Source: Oscillospiraceae bacterium | GTDB lineage: Bacteria; Bacillota; Clostridia; Oscillospirales; CAG-272 | Assembly: GCA_015064925.1 (NCBI GenBank) | Contig: SVRH01000003.1 | Location: 1 to 41,652 of the forward strand | Length of the DNA stretch: 41,652 nucleotides | Direction: 5' to 3' | Notes under the pieces: generated by a model | What the model was told of the DNA's origin: nothing | The model's input: the letters and a program-made list of their open reading frames with translations, nothing else | The model's database searches: none | Made by a program: the position numbers and the translations under genes | In this document: positions 1 to 5,760 of the stretch, one piece after another | Layout of the letters: each line of letters opens with the position of its first letter | Position numbering within the stretch: position 1 is the first letter of the stretch

Positions 1-2
1 GC

Positions 3-1796
3 TTCATTGACGGTCAGAAGATCGGTCAAGCCATTGAAAACATCCTTTCCTCCGCCGACGAGAGCGTCAACACCAAGAAGGCCATCAAGCGACTGGACGA
101 TGCCCGTGTAATGCTGCTTTACAAAAACAAAAAGGGCGGTAAGATCTACGAGCTGGAAAATGAAAAGGAAGATCTGCTTGCCCGCGCCCACCGCGCGGAA
201 GAGGACTGCCGTCTGATGGCAGAAAAGAAGAAGCTTCTTTCCGACACCAATGCAACCCTGAAAAAGAACGAGGAGCAGCTGCGCATTCTGGAGGACAAGC
301 TGGCCTACACCGATGCCAGCAGACGTCTGCAGCAGATCGAAAAATCAAAGCAAGCTGAAGAGCAGCTGCAGAACGCCACAGAAGAGCTGGACGACACCGT
401 TGCTTCCCTGCTCCACGGCGATTTTTGCCCCAACAAAGCCTACCTGCAAGCCCTTGAGCGAATGGGCAAGCAGCTCATTCAGATCTCGGAGGAAAAGAAA
501 AAGCTGTCCTCTAAGATCGAAGGCGCCCGCAACGAAGCAGACGCAGAGGAGGTGTGGGCTGACGCAGAAACCATTGCCAAGCTGCACTCCCACCGTCGCA
601 AGTCCGACAAGCTGCGGCTGTGTGCCATTCTGATGCTGCTGCCCGCCGTGATGCTTTGTGCCGTCGGCTTCTTCGCGTCCTTGCTGATCCTGACCATCCC
701 GATTCCCGTTCTGCTGCTGGCGATCTCGGGCGCACTCTTCTTCCTGCAGGCAAGAGAGAAAAAAGCGTTTGACGCCATTCTGCTGCAGCTGGGCGCCGAG
801 GATGAGGAGGCAGCCACCGAGATCATTGCCCTTTGCGCCGCCAAAAACGCCAAGATCGAGGCGGCAAAGCAATCGCTGGCAGAGCTGGAAGCCGAACGGA
901 CGGCAGTTGTACAAGCAGAGGCTGCCATGTGGAAGGACGCCATTGCCCTTGCGGCAAAATGGGGCAAAACGCTCACAGATCAGCGCAGCATGGCAGAGCT
1001 GATCCGCGAAGCGGAGCTTGCCTGCAACCGACTTGACATGGCAAGCGACGAAAAGCAGCGCTGCGAGCTGGCGTACAAGAATCTGTACACCGTCGCCTCC
1101 GAGGAAGAGGTCGCTGCTCTTTCCGAAATCTTGCAAAACGGAGGCACTGAGCTTTCGGGCGAGGACTACACCAAGGCATGTAACAATCGTAAATTCTATC
1201 GTCAGACCATCGATATGCTGCAAAAAAGGAAAAGAGAGACCGAGCATCTGCTCATCGAGCTGCGCACCAAGACTGAGATCCCCGAGGATCTGCGCCTGAA
1301 GGCCACCGAGCTTGAGGGCAAGATCCGCTCCCTGCGTCTGCGTCACGACGCATATCTGCTCGCCATTCAAAAGCTGACCGAGGCATCTGTGCTCCTTCGC
1401 TCCCGTATCACCCCTGCTCTGGCGGGACAGGCGTCCGAGTTCCTCTCGCATACCACCGAAGGTAAGTACCAAAGCGTTGGTGTTGCGGATGATTTCTCCC
1501 TCAGCTACAGCGACGGCAACGCCACAAGATCCACCGACTTTCTCAGCTGCGGCACCAAGGATCTGGCTTACCTTGGTCTGCGACTGGGGCTTTCCAAAGC
1601 ACTTTTTAAGGATGAAGAGATCCCGATGGTGTTTGACGAAAGCTTTGCACGCCTGGACGACCGCCGTCTGGCGACCGTCTTTACCTATCTTGCCGATTTC
1701 GCCGCAAAGGGCGGACAGATCCTTCTGATGACCAGCGGCAGACGGGAGCGGAAATACGCCGACGCCATCGGCAATTGCAACGTGATCCAACTGTGA
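3..1796 (+). CDS. YhaN/SbcC-like AAA-family ATPase with coiled coil and internal TM hairpin (5'-truncated by window edge)
   Basis: Frame stays open upstream of the 111 ATG to the window start (FIDGQKIGQAIENILSSADE...). Long coiled coil, hydrophobic hairpin (LCAILMLLPAVMLCAVGFF...), C-terminal ABC-like signature LSCGT and Walker B/D-loop MVFDESFARLD. Confidence 0.8.
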   Translation, partial: FIDGQKIGQAIENILSSADESVNTKKAIKRLDDARVMLLYKNKKGGKIYELENEKEDLLARAHRAEEDCRLMAEKKKLLSDTNATLKKNEEQLRILEDKLAYTDASRRLQQIEKSKQAEEQLQNATEELDDTVASLLHGDFCPNKAYLQALERMGKQLIQISEEKKKLSSKIEGARNEADAEEVWADAETIAKLHSHRRKSDKLRLCAILMLLPAVMLCAVGFFASLLILTIPIPVLLLAISGALFFLQAREKKAFDAILLQLGAEDEEAATEIIALCAAKNAKIEAAKQSLAELEAERTAVVQAEAAMWKDAIALAAKWGKTLTDQRSMAELIREAELACNRLDMASDEKQRCELAYKNLYTVASEEEVAALSEILQNGGTELSGEDYTKACNNRKFYRQTIDMLQKRKRETEHLLIELRTKTEIPEDLRLKATELEGKIRSLRLRHDAYLLAIQKLTEASVLLRSRITPALAGQASEFLSHTTEGKYQSVGVADDFSLSYSDGNATRSTDFLSCGTKDLAYLGLRLGLSKALFKDEEIPMVFDESFARLDDRRLATVFTYLADFAAKGGQILLMTSGRRERKYADAIGNCNVIQL

Positions 1797-1806
1797 GGTA
1801 AAAAAC

Positions 1807-2394
1807 ATGAAAATTTGCGTATACGGCGCTTCCAGCAACGAGATCGACCGCCGCTACCTTGACGCGGGAATGCTCCTCGGTGCCGCCATGGCAAAAAGAG
1901 GCCACGAATTGGTCTTCGGCGGCGGCAACACGGGCCTCATGGGGGCTGTGGCAAGGGGCGTACATCAAGAGGGCGGACGGGTCATCGGCATTGCCCCCCG
2001 CTTCTTCCGCGTGGACGGAGTGCTCTACCCCGACTGCGACGAGTGGATCTACACCGACACCATGCGCTCCCGCAAGGAAAAGATGGAACAGGTTTCGGAC
2101 GCCTTTCTAGTGACCCCCGGCGGCATCGGCACGCTGGACGAATTCTTTGAGATCTTCACCCTAAGACAGCTGGACCGCCACCACAAGCCCATTGCACTTC
2201 TGAACACGGGCGGCTATTTCGATCCCATTTCCCAAATGCTCGAAAGCATGGCAAAGGAACGGTTCTTGGTCGAAAGCTGCCTTGATCTGATCAAGATCAC
2301 CCCCGATCCCGAAGAAATCCTTGATTTTGTGGAGCAAAATCCCGCAGGGTCGCTGTCGGGCTCGGTACTGAAATTTTTGGAGGACGAGGTATGA
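1807..2394 (+). CDS. LOG-family (TIGR00730-like Rossmann fold) nucleotide phosphoribohydrolase
   Basis: Motifs ICVYGASS, GGGNTGLMG, MRSRK and PGGIGTLDE; GAGG RBS upstream. Confidence 0.9.
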   Translation: MKICVYGASSNEIDRRYLDAGMLLGAAMAKRGHELVFGGGNTGLMGAVARGVHQEGGRVIGIAPRFFRVDGVLYPDCDEWIYTDTMRSRKEKMEQVSDAFLVTPGGIGTLDEFFEIFTLRQLDRHHKPIALLNTGGYFDPISQMLESMAKERFLVESCLDLIKITPDPEEILDFVEQNPAGSLSGSVLKFLEDEV

Positions 2395-3149
2395 AAATAT
2401 TCGTTTCCGACTACGACGGCACCCTCAACCGCGGCGGCGGGGTCACCGAGCGTGACCTGAAGGCATTGGACGCCTGGCAGAAGGCAGGCAACCTCTTTGG
2501 CATCGCCTCGGGCAGAGATCTGCGGGGTCTTGTGAACGTATGGCAAAGGTGCCTGCCACTGAAGCCCGACTTCCTCATCGGCGGCAACGGCACCCAGCTG
2601 TACAGGGGACTTGAGGAGCGCGTGCTGCGCTTTTCTGCAAACGGCAAGGACGTGCCCCTGATCGTCGATCTGATCCTGCGGCGCGGCGGACGCATCGTGC
2701 ACATCACCGCCGAAGAGGGAAAGTACATCCTGTCCATGGACGGAAAGATCCCCGAAAATACAAAGGACTTCTACTTCACCCTCGACAATATCCCCGCCCC
2801 GAAGGAGGTCTACTCCCTCAACACCTACTTTGACACCAACAAGCTGGCAGAGGCGTTTTGCGCCGAATGCTGCACCTGCTTCCCCGCCTTTACCGCCTAT
2901 CAGAACACCGATTGCGGCGACATCGTTCCAAGGGGCACCGGCAAGGCGGAGGGCATTGCGGCGTACATAAAACACACGGGTCTGAAGCCCGAAATGGTCA
3001 TCACCGCGGGCGACTCGGGCAACGATCTGGGCATGCTGCGTGCTTACGTCGGCTGCACCCTACCAAATGCCGACGAGGAGCTGAAAACCGTGCTGGGAGA
3101 GGAAAACATCTATCCCGACATCGCGGCAATGCTCGAAAGATACCTGTAA
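2391..3149 (+). CDS. HAD-IIB (Cof-type) hydrolase
   Basis: Motif I SDYDGTL, motif II ASGR, motif III K in GTGKAEG, motif IV GDSGND; ATGA overlap with the LOG gene. Confidence 0.9.
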   Translation: MKIFVSDYDGTLNRGGGVTERDLKALDAWQKAGNLFGIASGRDLRGLVNVWQRCLPLKPDFLIGGNGTQLYRGLEERVLRFSANGKDVPLIVDLILRRGGRIVHITAEEGKYILSMDGKIPENTKDFYFTLDNIPAPKEVYSLNTYFDTNKLAEAFCAECCTCFPAFTAYQNTDCGDIVPRGTGKAEGIAAYIKHTGLKPEMVITAGDSGNDLGMLRAYVGCTLPNADEELKTVLGEENIYPDIAAMLERYL

Positions 3150-3165
3150 AAATTTCAACCATCCC

Positions 3166-3194
3166 TTTACAAAGCGGAATTTTTGTGCTATACT
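3166..3194 (+). promoter_or_regulatory. sigmaA promoter of tRNA-Arg
   Basis: TTTACA-17bp-TATACT with TGn extended -10, 11 nt before the tRNA 5' end. Confidence 0.7.
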
Positions 3195-3205
3195 CTTTGT
3201 GTTAT

Positions 3206-3282
3206 CTACCCGTGGCACAGCTGGATAGCGCGTCAGACTCCGACTCTGAAGGTCGAAGGTTCGAATCCTTTCGGGTAGGCCA
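3206..3282 (+). tRNA. tRNA-Arg (anticodon CCG)
   Basis: Acceptor stem CTACCCG/CGGGTAG, D loop AGCTGGATAG, anticodon arm TCAGA-CT-CCG-AC-TCTGA, T loop GGTTCGAATCC, encoded CCA end; 77 nt. Confidence 0.97.
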
Positions 3283-3283
3283 G

Positions 3284-3317
3284 AAAAAAGCCATTCGCAA
3301 AAGCGAATGGCTTTTTT
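3284..3317 (+). terminator. Intrinsic terminator after tRNA-Arg (potentially bidirectional)
   Basis: AAAAAA-GCCATTCGC-AAAA-GCGAATGGC-TTTTTT. Confidence 0.85.
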
Positions 3318-3319
3318 CA

Positions 3320-3504
3320 GTGAAATTCGCCTTCGGCGAGTGAAATATGGCTTCGCCATGTGAAATACTGTGCTAAAGCACGTGTGAAATATTTGCTACG
3401 CAAATGTGAGGAGGCGAATTTTATTTCACATTGCGACGAAGGAGCAATACTTCACAATTTCCAAAGGAAATTATTTCACATTCGGCAGGTGCCGAATATT
3501 TCAC
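3320..3504. repeat. Structured GTGAAAT/ATTTCAC box-and-hairpin element, copy 1 (candidate ncRNA or structured DNA site)
   Basis: GTGAAAT at 3320, 3340, 3360, 3384; ATTTCAC/ACTTCAC at 3423, 3449, 3473, 3498. Seven short hairpins lie between the boxes (e.g. TCGCC-TTC-GGCGA, ATGGC-TTC-GCCAT, ATTTGC-TAC-GCAAAT, AATTTCC-AAA-GGAAATT, ATTCGGCA-GG-TGCCGAAT). Confidence 0.9.
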
Positions 3505-3533
3505 TTGAAAAACTTACCGTGCTATGATATAAT
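3505..3533 (+). promoter_or_regulatory. sigmaA promoter abutting element copy 1, driving the four-helix-bundle gene
   Basis: TTGAAA-17bp-TATAAT with TGn extended -10; the -35 starts at the base right after the last ATTTCAC. Confidence 0.8.
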
Positions 3534-3556
3534 AACGGCAGAAAAGCGGTGTTACT

Positions 3557-3916
3557 ATGGCAGATTCAAAGCTTCGTGACCTATCCACAGATTTTGCGGT
3601 TAAAGTTATCAAAACGTGTGATGGCATAAAAGGGCATTATTCTCTTGTAAATCAGTTGGAGCGTTCCTCTACCTCAATTGGTGCCAATATTCACGAAGCG
3701 AATTATGCTCATAGCAAAGCCGACTTTGTTGCCAAGTTTCAAATTGCACTGAAGGAGTGCTACGAAACGGAATATTGGCTTGAATTATTCGTGAAATCCG
3801 AATTGCTGGATCGCGAGATTGCAAAAGAACTTTATAATCAGTGCGGAACGATTCGCAGAATGTTGATAGCCTCTATCAATACGGCGAAGGAGAACTCAAA
3901 TGACGGTAAAAAATGA
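3557..3916 (+). CDS. Four helix bundle protein (23S rRNA intervening-sequence protein/TIGR02436-like, Avd-related fold)
   Basis: Family signature QLERSSTSIGANIHEA-x4-SKADFVAKFQIALKECYETEYWLEL; 119 aa. Confidence 0.9.
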   Translation: MADSKLRDLSTDFAVKVIKTCDGIKGHYSLVNQLERSSTSIGANIHEANYAHSKADFVAKFQIALKECYETEYWLELFVKSELLDREIAKELYNQCGTIRRMLIASINTAKENSNDGKK

Positions 3917-4310
3917 TATAGTTTTGTGGGACAACGGAATAGATAAGTTTTGTTTATTAAAAGCACCAAACGAACAGCAATATAAATATATTGACGGTAT
4001 CCCTTGCATCACGTTTGGAATTTCTTATGAAAACACGAGTTTTAAGGGGTACGACACCTTTACTTTGTTTGACCATTTTTATTCTAACATAGTTAACGAG
4101 ATAGAAAGCACATATACTTCGCTAAACGGTTCTTTTCGCATCTATGACGTTGGTGCAGATACCGATGGGTATATTGAGGTTGTTATGACAAATGGGAAAC
4201 TATCTGTCAAAGGTCAGCTTGGCGCATCTTTTTCTTCACATTCGTTAATGTTTGAACTTGAAGCAGACCAAACTTTAGTAGGAAATCTGCTACAAGAGAT
4301 TACGTTTTGA
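3900..4310 (+). CDS. Hypothetical protein, possibly WapI-like immunity protein
   Basis: 136-aa AT-rich ORF overlapping the upstream gene by 17 nt. Acidic and beta-rich; C-terminus GKLSVKGQL...LMFELEADQTLV recalls WapI-family immunity proteins (from memory, unverified). Confidence 0.6.
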   Translation: MTVKNDIVLWDNGIDKFCLLKAPNEQQYKYIDGIPCITFGISYENTSFKGYDTFTLFDHFYSNIVNEIESTYTSLNGSFRIYDVGADTDGYIEVVMTNGKLSVKGQLGASFSSHSLMFELEADQTLVGNLLQEITF

Positions 4311-4399
4311 TTTTATGAGCGTAAGACTTTCACATTATCTACGCGCCTTTTTTGCCTTTGTACCTATGCTTACGCACCGTTTGCGCGCTTCTTCGCAAC

Positions 4400-4441
4400 A
4401 AAAAACGCACTTTTGTCTACCAAGACAATGTGTGCTTTTTT
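4400..4441 (+). terminator. Terminator-like hairpin preceding element copy 2
   Basis: AAAAAA-CGCAC-TT-TTGTCT-ACCA-AGACAA-TGTGTGC-TTTTTT; imperfect stem plus U tract, in the same position relative to the element as the 3284-3317 terminator. Confidence 0.6.
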
Positions 4442-4443
4442 CA

Positions 4444-4622
4444 ACGAAATTCGCCTTCGGCGAGTGAAATATGGCTTCGCCATGTGAAATACTGTGCTAA
4501 AGCACGTGTGAAATATTTGCTACGCAAATGTGATGGACGAATTTCATTTCACATTGCGACGAAGGAGCAATACTTTACTATGCCGATAGGCATAACTTCA
4601 CTACGGCTTGCCGCAACTTCGC
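4444..4622. repeat. Structured GTGAAAT/ATTTCAC box-and-hairpin element, copy 2
   Basis: 4446-4533 is identical to 3322-3409 (88 bp). Boxes at 4444 (ACGAAAT), 4464, 4484, 4508 and 4546, 4572, 4595, 4616 (ACTTCGC). The last two side hairpins differ in sequence from copy 1 but still pair. Confidence 0.9.
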
Positions 4623-4648
4623 TTTTAATGATTATACAAGGATACGCC

Positions 4649-4677
4649 TTGTTTTATTTGCAAAAGTGTAGTATAAT
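4649..4677 (+). promoter_or_regulatory. sigmaA promoter after element copy 2
   Basis: TTGTTT-17bp-TATAAT; the -35 overlaps the 3' arm of hairpin ACAAGG-ATACG-CCTTGT. Confidence 0.65.
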
Positions 4678-4698
4678 GGAACAAAGAAGAAAGGCGGG

Positions 4699-5070
4699 AT
4701 GAGTATGCCTCACGGATACAAAAGAGAATATAACGATGTTTTATATTTTAAGAAGGATCATTTTTGCCCCGAATGTAAAACAAAATTAGATAAAGTTCCT
4801 GTTTCAAGAGTTATTAATTCCGGCTCACCTGAAGCCAAGAATTTTGATTTCAGTATGCCCGGAGGGAATTTTGCTGTAGGTGATATTCAATTCATTTGGG
4901 ATGAATTTGAATGTCCAAACTGCCAAAAACACCTTACCGTAAATGAAATGAAAGCAATTGAGGGAATCCCATTACCTAAAAAACCAAGTAAATGGAGAAA
5001 AATACTGTTTTTGATATTTGGTATTCTTTTTTTAATTGCAGTAGCATTGATAAGAGAATATTTAAGTTGA
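4699..5070 (+). CDS. Hypothetical zinc-ribbon membrane protein
   Basis: CPEC and CPNC pairs, basic patch KKPSKWRK, then a C-terminal TM helix; AAGGCGG RBS; AT-rich. Confidence 0.8.
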   Translation: MSMPHGYKREYNDVLYFKKDHFCPECKTKLDKVPVSRVINSGSPEAKNFDFSMPGGNFAVGDIQFIWDEFECPNCQKHLTVNEMKAIEGIPLPKKPSKWRKILFLIFGILFLIAVALIREYLS

Positions 5071-5209
5071 CCTTTTGTTCACTTTTGCCTCAACTTTGAA
5101 CCTTATATCACGATGAAGGCAAAAAGCGCTTCACTTCCTGTTTTGCTTGCGCAGTACTTCACAGTTTTTAGGTTGATTAACACACAATTGAATGAAAGGA
5201 ATACACGAT

Positions 5210-5725
5210 ATGTATCACGGCATCCAAATCAGCCAAACGCGGCTGATAGCCAACAACATCATTTTCACCTGCTTGTTGCTTATAACCGTAGGTCTTGGAA
5301 TTTGGTATCTTATCTTTACCCACACAAGCGGCAATCTTAAAGATAGAAAGCGCATCAAAAGGCTGAAACAAAAAGCCAATCGTGACCCTTACGCAGAAAA
5401 GCAGCTGCAAAAATTAAAACGAAAGCAAAAATCGGTCAAAAAGACCAGTCTAAGCACCGATATACTGGTTTGGAGCTTACTTATCGTGCTTTTATCATTG
5501 AATCTATTTCTGGCAATCATCCCCGGCTGGACCGATTATATTAAAAAAGACTACGTAGTTTACGAAGGAAGCTTTGTGGTCGACCGATACACAAGAGGCA
5601 GTCATATAAATTTAGAAGACGGCACAAGGCTGACGGGCGCTCTTGATTTGGGCGAAGGCGAGCACACCGGCAGGATCGTATATTCCCGCCGCACCAAAAT
5701 TGCGCTCGGAAACGATATGAAATAG
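5210..5725 (+). CDS. Hypothetical membrane protein (2 TM helices, very basic linker)
   Basis: Start moved to ATG 5210 behind AAAGGA RBS. Two hydrophobic helices flank a K/R-rich loop, followed by a small beta-rich C-terminal domain. Confidence 0.75.
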   Translation: MYHGIQISQTRLIANNIIFTCLLLITVGLGIWYLIFTHTSGNLKDRKRIKRLKQKANRDPYAEKQLQKLKRKQKSVKKTSLSTDILVWSLLIVLLSLNLFLAIIPGWTDYIKKDYVVYEGSFVVDRYTRGSHINLEDGTRLTGALDLGEGEHTGRIVYSRRTKIALGNDMK

Positions 5726-5727
5726 TA

Positions 5728-5753
5728 AGAACCCGACGAAGCCGTCGGGTTCT
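5728..5753. terminator. Hairpin/terminator between convergent genes, right boundary of the islet
   Basis: AGAACCCGACG-AAGC-CGTCGGGTTCT followed by ATGTTTTTT. Confidence 0.75.
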
Positions 5754-5760
5754 ATGTTTT

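Noticed and set aside
3320-3504. CRISPR array interpretation of the periodic GTGAAAT repeats
   Set aside because: Repeats are only 7 bp, spacers are 13-19-bp self-complementary hairpins, orientation inverts halfway, and there are no cas genes.
3557-3916. Diversity-generating retroelement or 23S rRNA intervening sequence
   Set aside because: No reverse transcriptase, no TR/VR pair with A-specific mismatches and no rRNA sequence in the window.
4385-4400. Decayed tRNA 3' end (att-like) before the second terminator
   Set aside because: It sits where the tRNA end does in unit 1, but has no T-loop or clear similarity to the tRNA-Arg 3' end.
4352-4702. 116-aa ORF across element copy 2 (and 3060-3359 across the tRNA)
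   Set aside because: They overlap a terminator, structured repeat, promoter or tRNA, have no RBS, and the frame is not preserved in the other copy.
3206-5760. Classical integrative element or prophage at tRNA-Arg
   Set aside because: No integrase gene and no direct repeat of the tRNA 3' end (TCGGGTAGGCCA) was found at the far boundary by eye.
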